From: Pyrinomonadaceae bacterium
Lineage (GTDB): Bacteria; Acidobacteriota; Blastocatellia; Pyrinomonadales; Pyrinomonadaceae
DNA: 64,000 nt
Direction: 5' to 3'
NCBI GenBank assembly: GCA_046313635.1
Contig: JBKBYA010000001.1
Coordinates: 620,340 to 684,339, forward strand
The notes under the pieces are model-generated. The model was not told where the DNA came from. It did not search any database and was given only the letters and a program-made list of their open reading frames with translations. A program made the position numbers and the translations under genes. Positions 24,963 to 34,802 of the stretch are shown here, in pieces. Every line of letters begins with the position of its first letter. Position 1 is the first letter of the stretch.

Positions 24963-25997
24963 TCAATCGAGCGTGATCGTACCGAAATAAGCTCGCACGA
25001 CCAGGCCCTGCGGACCGACGGCCCAGACGTTCTTCCTTTTGTCCGCCATCACGGCGTTGAGATCGAGTGTGTCGAATTGTTTCCAGCTTTTTCCGCGGTC
25101 GAAAGAGACGTCCGTCCCCGAGGTGCCGACGGCGATGATCGTGGACTCTCCGGCAAACGTGACCCCGGAGCGATAACCAGACAGGCCCGCGGCAGATATC
25201 CACGAACGACCGCCGTCTTTTGTTAACGCGATATTCGAGGTCGAATCGTTCGGGCGCTCGTAGCTGCCGCCGACCACGACGCCGTGCTTGAGATCGCCGC
25301 GCATCGCGATCGAGAATATTCCGCTGCCCGGCGTGCCTTTGACGATCGGCGTTTCGGCGACCGACCAGGTGACGCCGCGATCGTCCGAGCGAAACACGCG
25401 CGCGTCCGCGCCGCCCGAGACGAGAAAGGCCGTTCGCCTGCCCGCGGCGATCAGGCAAGTGCCGCTCGCCGCGAATGCGGCCTCGCCCTCTTTGGCGGCC
25501 GGCATTTTGTTCGACACGATCGGCTTCCACGACGCGCCGCCGTCGCTCGTCGCGATGATCGGATAATGTCCCTCGACCGGGTCCGACATCGCGATGCAGT
25601 TTGCGCGGTCCCAGCAGGCGATCGCGTCAAAGAACTTTTTCTCGTCCGTGTTTTGAAACTGCAGCTTCCACGTCCGCCCGCCGTCGATCGTCTTGTAAAT
25701 GCGCGAGCTGTCGCCGCTGCCGATCGAGAGGATGTAAGCGGTCTGCGCATCAAACGCCTCGATGTCGCGAAAGTCGAGCTTCTCCGCGCCCGGCACGGTC
25801 ATTACATTCCAAGTCTTCCCGCCGTCGACGGTTCGAATGACCGTGCCGCCCGTGCCGCTCGCCCAGACGACGCGCTCGCTGACGACCGACAGCCCGCGAA
25901 AGCCGGCCGTCGTTTCAACCGTGTGCCTGATCCACTGGCCCGCAGCCGACACGCAAAATACAAGTCCGATCGCGATTGTCGAAAATAGAAGCTTCAT
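24963..25997 (-). CDS. BNR/Asp-box repeat (Ycf48-like) beta-propeller, exported
   Basis: Signal peptide; repeated TxDGGxTW / SDDRGVTW Asp-boxes. Confidence 0.88.
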   Translation of the reverse strand: MKLLFSTIAIGLVFCVSAAGQWIRHTVETTAGFRGLSVVSERVVWASGTGGTVIRTVDGGKTWNVMTVPGAEKLDFRDIEAFDAQTAYILSIGSGDSSRIYKTIDGGRTWKLQFQNTDEKKFFDAIACWDRANCIAMSDPVEGHYPIIATSDGGASWKPIVSNKMPAAKEGEAAFAASGTCLIAAGRRTAFLVSGGADARVFRSDDRGVTWSVAETPIVKGTPGSGIFSIAMRGDLKHGVVVGGSYERPNDSTSNIALTKDGGRSWISAAGLSGYRSGVTFAGESTIIAVGTSGTDVSFDRGKSWKQFDTLDLNAVMADKRKNVWAVGPQGLVVRAYFGTITLD

Positions 25998-26026
25998 AAG
26001 TTTGATAACGAGGCCGTGCACAGAAC

Positions 26027-26106
26027 CTCAGCGATCTCTGCGAAACCTCTCGGTACTCTGCGTTGAATCGTTCTCGGCGCATCTTCAACGGAGAGGTCGC
26101 AAAGAA
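26027..26106. repeat. Degenerate inverted ~9-bp-unit array
   Basis: ctcagcga tctctgcga aacctctcgg tactctgcgttgaa opposed by ttcaacggagaggtcgcaaaga. Confidence 0.55.
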
Positions 26107-26153
26107 AACAAGCCTTTTCATTCGGGCACTCGGCTGGCCGTTTAAGCTAAAGC

Positions 26154-27104
26154 TCAGCCTTCGCGCCAGCGGCGGCAGAGGTCATGGGCTGCGGCCTTCC
26201 ACTCGGGAAACTCGAATTCGAAACCCGAATCCGTCAGCAGCTTTGGCACGACGCGTCGGCTCTTGAGGATCAGCTCGGTCTCGGTGCGCATCAGAAACGC
26301 GCCGATCGCGAGCTGCCATTCGAATGCGGGCAGCCCGAACGGCATGCCGTACGCCTCTCTCAGCACGCGCATGAATTCGCGGTTTGGCAAAGGGCGCGGC
26401 GACGCAAGATTGATCGGCCCCGAGAGCTCTTCATGCTCGATCAGCCAATAGACGGCGCGGATGAAATCGAGATCGTGGATCCACGAGATGAACTGCCTGC
26501 CGCTCGCGGCAGTGCCGCCGAGACCGACGCGGACGAGCGAGAGCAGAGTATCAAAGATGCCGCCGCGGTCCGGGCTCATGATCATCGCCGAACGCATCAG
26601 CACCTTGCGCGTGTGCGGCGTGTCGGCCTCGTTCGCCGCGCGTTCCCACGAGGTGGCGACGTCGATGCTGAACCGCCAAGTGTCCGGAGCGTCCGGCTCG
26701 CTGCCGCCGATGATGCCGGTCACGTCGTCGTTTGCGGCGTCGAATCGATGCGCGTAAATGGTCGCCGTGCTCGCCTGCAGCCAAACGCGCGGCGGCCGCT
26801 CGGCTCTCGCGATCGCCTCGCCCACGACGCGCGTCGAGTCGACACGCGAGTCCATCATCTCGCGGCGGTTCTTTTCGTTGTAGCGGCAATTGACGCTCCG
26901 GCCTGCAAGATTGATCACGACATCCGCACCGTCGATCTCCGCTGCCCATTCGCCGATCGACTTGCCGTCCCAAGCGACGACGCGCCACGGCTTCGAATTA
27001 TTGATTCCGCGGCTCAGTACGGCGACATCGTGTCCGTACGCCTGAAACGCCCTGGCCAAAACCCTGCCGACCTGCCCGCTGCCGCCCGGGATGACGATCT
27101 TCAT
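26154..27104 (-). CDS. TIGR01777-like NAD(P)-binding epimerase/oxidoreductase
   Basis: PGGSGQVG, VINLAG, SRVDST, GRQFISWIH, LKSRRVVP. Confidence 0.88.
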   Translation of the reverse strand: MKIVIPGGSGQVGRVLARAFQAYGHDVAVLSRGINNSKPWRVVAWDGKSIGEWAAEIDGADVVINLAGRSVNCRYNEKNRREMMDSRVDSTRVVGEAIARAERPPRVWLQASTATIYAHRFDAANDDVTGIIGGSEPDAPDTWRFSIDVATSWERAANEADTPHTRKVLMRSAMIMSPDRGGIFDTLLSLVRVGLGGTAASGRQFISWIHDLDFIRAVYWLIEHEELSGPINLASPRPLPNREFMRVLREAYGMPFGLPAFEWQLAIGAFLMRTETELILKSRRVVPKLLTDSGFEFEFPEWKAAAHDLCRRWREG

Positions 27105-27118
27105 AAGGCAAAACTTCT

Positions 27119-27194
27119 CGGAATAACTGATAACTGAGAACTGAGAACTGAAAACTGGTTGTCAGTTTTTAGTTATCAGTTATCACTTATTCCG
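27119..27194. repeat. Inverted heptamer array (AACTGAN)n / (TCAGTTN)n
   Basis: cggaat aactgat aactgag aactgag aactgaa aactg..cagtttt tagttat cagttat cacttattccg. Confidence 0.85.
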
Positions 27195-27206
27195 GAGCGT
27201 GACAAC

Positions 27207-28442
27207 CTAGTACACCATTCGTGATTTGATCGTCCCCGGTACGTCGCGGAGAAGTTCAAAAGCTTGTTTCGAGATCTTTGATTCGACATCGAGTATCACG
27301 TAGCCGATCTCCGGATTTGTGTTCAGGTATTGTCCCGTGATGTTGATGCCGCGCGACGAGAGTCGAGAGTTGATCTCGCCGAGCACGCCGGGCTGGTTGC
27401 GGTGAATGTGCAGTATGCGGTGCGTGCCGGCCTGCGGCGGGAGCGAGACGGGCGGCACGGTGTGCGATCCCTCGCTGTTGCCGAGCTCGAGATATCTGAT
27501 GAGCTTTGAGGTGACGTCGAGCCCGATGTTGGACTGAGCCTCCTCGGTCGAGCCGCCTATGTGCGGTGTCAGGATCACGTTCGGCAGGTCCCGAAGACCG
27601 CAGTCGAAACGATCGCCCGTCTTTTCCGGCTCGTCCGGAAAGACGTCGACCGCCGCGCCCGCGAGGCGTCCGCTCTTCAGAGCCTTTTTGAGAGCGTCGA
27701 GATCGACGACGTCGCCGCGACTGTAGTTGAGAAAGATGCTGCCTTTTTTGAACGCCTTGAGAGTCTCGGCGTTGATCATATTGCGCGTCGTCGAGTTTGA
27801 AGGCACGTGCAGCGTGACGATGTCTGACTGCTTGAGCAGATCTTTCAGCTCGCGGACAGGCTTGGCGTTGCCGAGCGGCAGCTTGGTCGCGACGTCGTAG
27901 TAGACGACGCGCATTCCCATCGCCTCGGCGAGGCCCGAGACCTGCGAGCCGATATTGCCGTAGCCGACGATGCCGAGCGTCTTGCCGCGGAGCTCGTAAC
28001 TGCCCTTCGCCTCTTTGAGCCAGACGCCTCGATGCGCAGCGGCATTCTTGTCCGGGATGCGGCGGATCAGCATCACGCAGAGGCCGATGATCAGCTCGGC
28101 GACCGAACGTGTGTTCGCGTGCGGAGCGTTAAAGACGGCGACGCCCCGCTCGGTCGCCGCCTTGAGGTCGATCTGGTTGACGCCGATACAGAACGCGCCG
28201 ATCGCGAGCAGTTTGTCGGCGGCGTCGATGACGTTCTTTGTGATCTTTGTTTTCGAACGAATACCGACCAGATGGACGTCTCTGACGGCCTTGACCAATT
28301 CCGCCTCGCTGATCGCGCCGCCGAGCCGACGGATCTCGGCGTATCCGGCTTTTTCAAACTCGTCCACGGCCGTGTCCGAAATGTTCTCGAGGAGCAGGAT
28401 CTTGATCTTGTCTTTGGGAAAAGAGGTATGTTTCTTTGCCAT
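27207..28442 (-). CDS. serA: D-3-phosphoglycerate dehydrogenase
   Basis: AFCIGVNQ, NTRSVAE, GYGNIG, TPHIGGSTEEAQ, C-terminal ACT domain HRNQPG. Confidence 0.96.
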   Translation of the reverse strand: MAKKHTSFPKDKIKILLLENISDTAVDEFEKAGYAEIRRLGGAISEAELVKAVRDVHLVGIRSKTKITKNVIDAADKLLAIGAFCIGVNQIDLKAATERGVAVFNAPHANTRSVAELIIGLCVMLIRRIPDKNAAAHRGVWLKEAKGSYELRGKTLGIVGYGNIGSQVSGLAEAMGMRVVYYDVATKLPLGNAKPVRELKDLLKQSDIVTLHVPSNSTTRNMINAETLKAFKKGSIFLNYSRGDVVDLDALKKALKSGRLAGAAVDVFPDEPEKTGDRFDCGLRDLPNVILTPHIGGSTEEAQSNIGLDVTSKLIRYLELGNSEGSHTVPPVSLPPQAGTHRILHIHRNQPGVLGEINSRLSSRGINITGQYLNTNPEIGYVILDVESKISKQAFELLRDVPGTIKSRMVY

Positions 28443-28528
28443 AAATAAAGCCTCGACAGGCGAGGCTTAAAAGGTACGAATTACGCCGAAAGCGTTGTCT
28501 GCCGCCTGACGGCGTAACTCTTGCAGAT

Positions 28529-29938
28529 TTAGATATGGATGGTCAAATCGTGCACGCCCTCGGCGGCTTCCATTACCGATTCGCTGACGGTCGGGTGAGC
28601 GTGCATGATGCGGCCCAGCTCGTCGGCGGTGGTTTCCAGCGCCATCGCGACGCAGGCCTCGGCGAGCAGCTCGGTCGCGTGCGGGCCGATGATGTGAACG
28701 CCGAGGACCTCGTCGTATTTCTTTTCGGCGACGATCTTGACGAAGCCGTCCGTCTCGCCGAGGATGCGTGCCTTGCCCGAGGCCGAGAAGGGGAATTTGC
28801 CGACCTTCACGTCGTAGCCCATCTCTTTGGCCTTGGCCTCGGTCAGACCGACGCTCGCCACCTCTGGATCGCAGTAGGTGCAGTTCGGGACGAGGCGATG
28901 ATCGATCGGCTCGACCTTTTTACCCGCGATCTTTTCGACGACCATTATCCCTTCTTTCGACGCGACGTGCGCGAGCCAGGCGGTGTCGATGACGTCGCCG
29001 ATGGCGTAGATGCCGGGCTCGTCCGTTTCGCAAAACTCGTTGACCTTGATCGTGCCGCGCGGGTTTGTGACGACCTTTGTGTTCTCTAGGCCGAGGTTTT
29101 CGAGGTACGGCATTCGGCCGACGGCGACGAGCAGCATTTCAGCCTCGAAGCTCACGTCCTCGCCCTTGGCGTTCTTGCCCGAGACCTTTACGCCTTTTTT
29201 GTTCTTTTCGAGCTTGTCGAGCTTGATGCCGGTCTCGGTCTTGATGCCCTGCTTTTTGAATGAACGGGCGAGTTCTTTGGACACGTCGGCGTCCTCGATC
29301 GGGACGATGCGGTCCATCAGCTCGACGACCGTCACCTCCGCGCCAAAGCGTGCATAGACGCTCGCAAATTCGACGCCGACCGCCCCCGAGCCCATCACGA
29401 TAAGCGACTTGGGCACGCTCTGCAGCTCGAGGATGTGATCGGAATTGACGACCTGCTTGCCGTCGGTCTCAAAGCCCGGGATCGGCCGCACGACCGAGCC
29501 GGTGGCGATGATGATGTTCTTTGATTCGATCGTCTCTTTTTTGCCGCCGTCGAGCGTGACCTCGACCTTGCCCTTGCCGAGTATCTTGCCAAAGCCGTTG
29601 TAGACCGCGACCTTGTGCTTTTTCATCAGGTATGTGACGCCGGCGGCGTTCTTGTCGACGACCGACGACTTGTACTTTTGCACGGCCGGGAAATCGTAGC
29701 TCAGGCCCTCGGCCTTGAGACCGAACTTCTCGAATTCGCCCGCCTTCTGATACAGGTGCGCGGCGTTTAGCAAAGCCTTGGTCGGAATGCAGCCTCGCAG
29801 GCCGCACGTGCCGCCGAGCTTTGCGTCCTTTTCTTTTTCGACGATCGCGACCTTTAATCCAAGCTGCCCGGCCCTTACCGCCGCGACATATCCGCCCGGT
29901 CCCGACCCAATAATTGTTACGTCAAATTGTTCCGCCAC
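28529..29938 (-). CDS. lpdA: Dihydrolipoamide dehydrogenase
   Basis: GSGPGGY, GGTCGLRGCIPTK, GSGAVGVE, AIGD, HAHPTVSE. Confidence 0.96.
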   Translation of the reverse strand: MAEQFDVTIIGSGPGGYVAAVRAGQLGLKVAIVEKEKDAKLGGTCGLRGCIPTKALLNAAHLYQKAGEFEKFGLKAEGLSYDFPAVQKYKSSVVDKNAAGVTYLMKKHKVAVYNGFGKILGKGKVEVTLDGGKKETIESKNIIIATGSVVRPIPGFETDGKQVVNSDHILELQSVPKSLIVMGSGAVGVEFASVYARFGAEVTVVELMDRIVPIEDADVSKELARSFKKQGIKTETGIKLDKLEKNKKGVKVSGKNAKGEDVSFEAEMLLVAVGRMPYLENLGLENTKVVTNPRGTIKVNEFCETDEPGIYAIGDVIDTAWLAHVASKEGIMVVEKIAGKKVEPIDHRLVPNCTYCDPEVASVGLTEAKAKEMGYDVKVGKFPFSASGKARILGETDGFVKIVAEKKYDEVLGVHIIGPHATELLAEACVAMALETTADELGRIMHAHPTVSESVMEAAEGVHDLTIHI

Positions 29939-30116
29939 AAGTGTTAACCTCGTTTGAATCAGCTAATATAGATCGAAAAAGATAGTATAAGGGGTAGCAA
30001 ACCGACACGCTAGGAGGCCGCCCGTTTTCTTCAGTGAATAGATAAAAGTGACAAGTCGAAAGTCTGCCGGCCACTTGAAGCTTCCACCTATCCACTGAAA
30101 ACCGAAGGACACTGCT

Positions 30117-30476
30117 ATGAAGCATTCAGCTGAGTTTGAGGCGATCGTGGAGGACGCGAAAAGCCGGATCAATGAGGTCTCGGTCAAAGATGCGCTGGGA
30201 CGAATGAAGCACGGTGCGGAGTTGATCGACGTGCGCGAGGACAGCGAGTGGGCTGCCGGCCATGCCGCCGGAGCGCGGCATATGGGCCGGGGCATTATCG
30301 AGCGAGATATCGTGCAGACGTTTCCCGATAAATCGACCGAGCTGATCCTGTACTGCGGCGGCGGGTTTCGTTCGGCTCTTGCGGCAGACATGCTGCAGCG
30401 GATGGGATATACGAACGTCCATTCGATGGCCGGCGGCTGGAAGGCCTGGAAAGACGCGGGAGCTCCGATCGAATGA
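30117..30476 (+). CDS. Single-domain rhodanese (sulfurtransferase)
   Basis: IDVREDSEW, GH, active loop YCGGGFRS, GGWKAW; AAGGA RBS. Confidence 0.92.
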   Translation: MKHSAEFEAIVEDAKSRINEVSVKDALGRMKHGAELIDVREDSEWAAGHAAGARHMGRGIIERDIVQTFPDKSTELILYCGGGFRSALAADMLQRMGYTNVHSMAGGWKAWKDAGAPIE

Positions 30477-31159
30477 CGACGCCGGTCAACGAAGACAAAG
30501 ACGCAAAACGTGCCCGTGCCCGCGAGCTCGCGGCACAGTTTGCCGAGTCGGGAGACACGCTCGGCTGGTTTGAAGCGCTCTACCGCGAGGCCGAGGGCAA
30601 CAACGAGCTGATACCTTGGGCCGACCTCGAGCCGAACAAGTATTTCAAAGCGTGGGCCGAGGAGCGCGGGCTTAGCGGCGACGGCCGCCGAGCGCTCGTC
30701 GTCGGCTGCGGATTGGGCGACGACGCGCTCTACCTGCACGAGCTCGGTTTTGATGTGACAGCATTCGACATCTCGCCCACCGCGATCGAATGGGCGCGGC
30801 GAATGCACGCCGACAGGCCGATCCGTTTCGAGGTCGCGGATCTGTTTGAGCCGTTTACCGATTGGATCGGCTCGTTTGATTTCGTGCTAGAGATCTACAC
30901 CATCCAGCCTTTGCCGATCGAGATGCGTTCGGATGTGATCGATGCGATCGCGAGTTTTGTGGCCCCGGCGGGTGAGCTGGTCGTCGTCGCTCGTGCACGA
31001 GACGACGACGAGCAGCCCGATAAGCTGCCGTGGCCGCTCTCGCGCCGCGAGCTGGCACGATTTGGCGAGAACGGGTTGGTCGAGACCGAATTTGTCGAGG
31101 TGCCCGACGATGGCGACGGCCGGCGCTTCGTCGTCGCGTACAAGCGGGCCGCGGGGTGA
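30473..31159 (+). CDS. Class I SAM methyltransferase, thiopurine/thiol S-methyltransferase-like
   Basis: IPWADL, VVGCGLGDDA, FDISPTAI, ADLF, PWPLS; ATGA overlap with the rhodanese. Confidence 0.85.
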   Translation: MTTPVNEDKDAKRARARELAAQFAESGDTLGWFEALYREAEGNNELIPWADLEPNKYFKAWAEERGLSGDGRRALVVGCGLGDDALYLHELGFDVTAFDISPTAIEWARRMHADRPIRFEVADLFEPFTDWIGSFDFVLEIYTIQPLPIEMRSDVIDAIASFVAPAGELVVVARARDDDEQPDKLPWPLSRRELARFGENGLVETEFVEVPDDGDGRRFVVAYKRAAG

Positions 31160-31495
31160 TCAGCCAAGGATCGCGCGGGTCTTTGTAAGGTTTTGCTTCA
31201 GACTCGAGCAGACGACGTCGCAGAGCTCGAAGACCGACGCGTCGGCGATGGCGTAGTAGACGACGTTGCCCTCCTGCCGGCGCGAGATCAGCCCGGCGTC
31301 CTGCATCAGCTTGAGATGCTTGCTCGCATTCGGCTGCGAGGCGCCGACCGCGTTGGATATATCGGTGACGTTCAGCGGCCCGTCGTGCAGTGAATGAAGG
31401 ATCTGAATGCGGATCGGTTCGGAAAGCAGCTTGAACCGTGCCGCGACCAGCCTTACGGCCTCGGGCGAGAGCGTTCTGTTTTTGGCGTTCGGCAT
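31160..31495 (-). CDS. ArsR/SmtB family regulator with C-terminal CxxxC
   Basis: FKLLSEPIRIQIL, SQPNASKHL, RRQEGNVVYY, ELCDVVC; ATG 31495. Confidence 0.9.
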   Translation of the reverse strand: MPNAKNRTLSPEAVRLVAARFKLLSEPIRIQILHSLHDGPLNVTDISNAVGASQPNASKHLKLMQDAGLISRRQEGNVVYYAIADASVFELCDVVCSSLKQNLTKTRAILG

Positions 31496-31497
31496 AC

Positions 31498-31526
31498 TTG
31501 ACAATATAACGATATAGTTATACAGT
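31498..31526 (+). promoter_or_regulatory. Sigma-70 promoter with embedded palindromic operator
   Basis: TTGACA (31498-31503), 17-nt spacer, TACAGT (31521-31526); TATAAC-N6-GTTATA at 31505-31522. Confidence 0.8.
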
Positions 31527-31571
31527 AAAACTCGAAATAAGAATACTAGAGTTTTCAGGGAGATTTCAAGA

Positions 31572-32123
31572 ATGATCAAAAAAGCGTCGGTACGGGAGAT
31601 CAACGAGCTGCTGTCAACGGGCGGCGAGTGCCAGGTGATCGACGTCCGCGAGTATTCGGAGTTCAATGCCGAGCGTATCGCGGACGCGCAGCTGATGCCG
31701 CTCTCAAACTTTGAGAAGCACGCGGCCGAGATCGACCATTCGAAGCCGGTCTATTTGATGTGCCGTTCGGGCAGACGCGCGGCGGAGGCGGCAAAGCGGC
31801 TTGCCGAAAAGGGCTTCTCGGACATACACGTCGTCGAGGGCGGAATGATCGAATGGACGCGGGCAAACCTGCCGGTCGTCAGAGGCGAGTCAAAGGTTTG
31901 GCCGCTTGAGAGGCAGGTGCGTTTTGCGGCGGGTCTGCTGGTACTTGCGGGCGTGCTTTTGAGTGTGTTCGTTCATCCGTACTTTGTATGGCTCTCGGGC
32001 TTCGTCGGTGCAGGGCTCGTCTTTGCGGCCGTGACCGACACGTGTGGAATGGCGATGGTCCTGGCGCGTATGCCGTGGAATCGCGGGCCCGTGAGCTGCG
32101 AGAACGAGGCCGCGGCCAACTGA
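31572..32123 (+). CDS. Rhodanese + DUF2892 membrane protein (YgaP-like)
   Basis: IDVRE, MCRSGRRA, ERQVRFAAG, two TM helices, TDTCGM..MPWN. Confidence 0.9.
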   Translation: MIKKASVREINELLSTGGECQVIDVREYSEFNAERIADAQLMPLSNFEKHAAEIDHSKPVYLMCRSGRRAAEAAKRLAEKGFSDIHVVEGGMIEWTRANLPVVRGESKVWPLERQVRFAAGLLVLAGVLLSVFVHPYFVWLSGFVGAGLVFAAVTDTCGMAMVLARMPWNRGPVSCENEAAAN

Positions 32124-32137
32124 CAGGGGAGGGACGG

Positions 32138-32890
32138 GTGTTCTTTTTAGGTTTGGTCCTCAGCGCGGCCATCGGCCTGTCGCTTGGCCTGATCGGCGGA
32201 GGCGGTTCGATACTGACGGTGCCGATCCTCGTCTATTTTCTTGGCGTCGGACCGCATTCGGCGGTCGCGATGTCGCTCGCGGTCGTCGGGGCGACGAGCC
32301 TTTTCGGTACGTATCTGCATTGGCGGGTCGGCAATGTCGACCTTTCGGGCGGCTCGCTCTTTGGCATCACAGGCGTCGCGGGAGCTCTCGTCGGGTCGCC
32401 GCTGACGCGGCTGGTCTCGCCCGAGGTGCTGCTGCTCATCTTCGGCGTGCTGATGCTGGTCGTGGCATCGGTGATGCTGCTCGGGCGGCGGCGGCAGGTC
32501 GAGGACGTGCCGCGAGAGGCGCACCCGGTCAAGGCTGCGGCGGCGGGGGCCGGCGTCGGTGTCCTGACGGGCTTTTTAGGTGTCGGAGGCGGGTTTCTGA
32601 TCGTTCCGGCACTGGTCTTGTTTGGCGGCATGACGATGAAGAAGGCCATCGGAACGTCGCTCTTGGTGATCTTTCTCAACTGTGTCGCGGGACTCGTCGG
32701 ACACGTCAGTCAGGGTGTCCTTGACTGGCGTCTTATGTCCGCCGTTCTCGCTCTTTCGGTGGGCGGAGCGGCCGCGGGCACGCTGCTGTCGCACAGGCTC
32801 GAGGCCCACCGTTTGCAGCGGCTCTTTGCGATCCTTGTGCTGACGGTCGCCGTCTTTCTGATCGCAAAGAATTACACGGCTGCGGCCTAG
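32138..32890 (+). CDS. TauE/SafE family sulfite/sulfur-compound transporter
   Basis: GLIGGGGSILTVP and GFLGVGGGFLIVP repeats, AIGTSL; GTG start after a purine-rich RBS. Confidence 0.9.
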   Translation: MFFLGLVLSAAIGLSLGLIGGGGSILTVPILVYFLGVGPHSAVAMSLAVVGATSLFGTYLHWRVGNVDLSGGSLFGITGVAGALVGSPLTRLVSPEVLLLIFGVLMLVVASVMLLGRRRQVEDVPREAHPVKAAAAGAGVGVLTGFLGVGGGFLIVPALVLFGGMTMKKAIGTSLLVIFLNCVAGLVGHVSQGVLDWRLMSAVLALSVGGAAAGTLLSHRLEAHRLQRLFAILVLTVAVFLIAKNYTAAA

Positions 32891-32934
32891 AGGGCACGGG
32901 CCGTCACGCAACGAAACTTGGAGTTTAAAAAGCT

Positions 32935-34329
32935 ATGAAGTTCAAACAGTTCTATCTCGGTTGTCTCTCTCACGCGTCGTATTACATCGGCTCGGGTGAC
33001 GAAGCCGCGGTCATCGATCCGCAGCGTGACATTCAGCAGTATCTCGACGAGGCGGCGGCCAACGGGCAGACGATCAAGTATGTGATCGAGACGCACTCGC
33101 ACGCCGATTTTGTCAGCGGGCATATCGAACTAGCCCGGCGCACCGGCGCGCAGATCGTCTATGGCGAACGCGCGAATACGCAGTTCCCGACATTAAAGGT
33201 CAAAGAGGGCGACGAGCTGACGGTCGGCTCCGTCAAGCTCACGTTTCACGAGACGCCGGGCCACACGCCCGAGGGCATTACGATCGTCGCCGAAGATAGA
33301 GACGACCCGTCGGCTCCGCTGAAGATGTTCACGGGCGACACGCTTTTTATCGGCGATGTGGGCCGGCCCGACCTCGTCGGGTCGAAGGGGTTCACCGCCG
33401 AACAGATGGCGGGGATGCTGTACGACTCGCTGCACGAAAAGATCCTCAAGTATCCGGACGAGACCGAGATCTATCCGGCGCACGGTGCGGGCAGCCTTTG
33501 CGGCAAGTCGCTGTCGAAGGAGACGTGGTCGACGCTTGGCGATCAACGTCGGTTCAACTATGCACTGCAGCCGATGAGCAAGGAAGAATTCGTCACGCTC
33601 GTTGCGGCCGACCAGCCCGAGGTGCCGATGTACTTTCCAAAAAGCGCGGCCAAAAATCTCGAAGGCTCGCTTTCGCTCGACGAGCTGCCGAGACCCAGAC
33701 CGCTGACGAGCGAAGAGATACGCGCCTTTGACGGCGTCGTCGTGGACGTCCGGCCAAACACGAGTTTTGGTGAGGCGCACGTTCCAAATTCGATCAACAT
33801 CGGCCTCGGAGGGCAGTTCGCGTCGTGGGCCGGAACGCTCATCCCGGTCGGCACGCCTATCGCGATCGTCGCCGATACGGCAGAGCAGGTGGACGAAGCA
33901 TTTATGCGGCTCGCGCGCGTCGGGCTCGAGAGCGTCGCGGGCTACATTCTGATGCCCAATTACCAGGGCGAAACTTATCGGGTTGAGCAGCTGAGCGTCG
34001 AGGCCGCAAATGAGCGTGTGGCCGCTGCGGCCGATGGCGAGGTCCAGTTCGTGGACGTCCGTCGTGCGGCCGAGCACGCGGCGGGACACGCGGTCAAGAC
34101 CGTCAATCTGCCGCTCGATAGACTCTCGCGAGAGCTCGACCGGCTCGATCCTGCAAAGCCGACATTTGTCATCTGCCAGGGCGGATACCGGTCGAGCATC
34201 GGCACGAGCATTCTCGAGAATGCGGGCTTCAGGCAGCTCTACAACGTGCTCGGCGGAACCGCCGCGTGGATCAAGGCCGAACTCCCGACCGAGTCTTCGG
34301 GTACGGCGTGCGCTATGACGGGGAAGTAG
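32935..34329 (+). CDS. MBL-fold persulfide dioxygenase fused to two rhodanese domains (CstB-like)
   Basis: ETHSHADFVSG, PGHTPE, TGDTLF, PAHGAGSLCG; Cys-less middle rhodanese; C-terminal ICQGGYRS. Confidence 0.9.
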   Translation: MKFKQFYLGCLSHASYYIGSGDEAAVIDPQRDIQQYLDEAAANGQTIKYVIETHSHADFVSGHIELARRTGAQIVYGERANTQFPTLKVKEGDELTVGSVKLTFHETPGHTPEGITIVAEDRDDPSAPLKMFTGDTLFIGDVGRPDLVGSKGFTAEQMAGMLYDSLHEKILKYPDETEIYPAHGAGSLCGKSLSKETWSTLGDQRRFNYALQPMSKEEFVTLVAADQPEVPMYFPKSAAKNLEGSLSLDELPRPRPLTSEEIRAFDGVVVDVRPNTSFGEAHVPNSINIGLGGQFASWAGTLIPVGTPIAIVADTAEQVDEAFMRLARVGLESVAGYILMPNYQGETYRVEQLSVEAANERVAAAADGEVQFVDVRRAAEHAAGHAVKTVNLPLDRLSRELDRLDPAKPTFVICQGGYRSSIGTSILENAGFRQLYNVLGGTAAWIKAELPTESSGTACAMTGK

Positions 34330-34364
34330 TTAGTCCGACGCCGAATGGTAAGGTAGAAAGAGTT

Positions 34365-34796
34365 ATGAAACGTGCATTCGTATTTCTGACAACTCTGGTC
34401 GCGGCGCTCGGCGCCGCCGGTGCGTGGGGCTGCTCGTCGGCCCCAAGCAAGAATAGCGATTCGCCGGCCGTCGTCGCGCAAAAGGGCGTCGTCGAGATCT
34501 CGCCCGAGCAGGCCGCTCCGGCGGTCGCGGCCGCGTATTCGCAGTTCATCGACGTGCGGACGCCCGAGGAGTTTGCCGCCGGTCACGCCGACCGGGCGCG
34601 CAATATCCCGCTCGACGTGCTCGCGCAGAATCTCGACAAGCTCGAAAAGAACGAGCCCGTTTACCTCATCTGCCAGAGCGGCAGCCGCTCAAAAAAGGCC
34701 GCGCAGATACTGGTCGACGCGGGATTCCCGCAGGCGATCAGCATCGCCGGCGGTACGGCAGCGTGGGACGCCGCGGGACTGCCGATGGCAAAGTAA
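34365..34796 (+). CDS. Rhodanese-domain lipoprotein
   Basis: MKR + hydrophobic stretch + AWGC lipobox-like; IDVRTPEEF, ICQSGSRS, GGTAAW. Confidence 0.85.
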   Translation: MKRAFVFLTTLVAALGAAGAWGCSSAPSKNSDSPAVVAQKGVVEISPEQAAPAVAAAYSQFIDVRTPEEFAAGHADRARNIPLDVLAQNLDKLEKNEPVYLICQSGSRSKKAAQILVDAGFPQAISIAGGTAAWDAAGLPMAK

Positions 34797-34802
34797 GGAG
34801 CT

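Noticed and set aside
30044..30108. Weak 7-bp periodicity upstream of the rhodanese (also near 35433-35455)
   Set aside because: Too degenerate to support by eye
32121..32150. TGA ending the YgaP-like gene as a second Sec codon
   Set aside because: The domain is already complete, no hairpin follows, and read-through hits TAG after eight codons inside the next gene's start region
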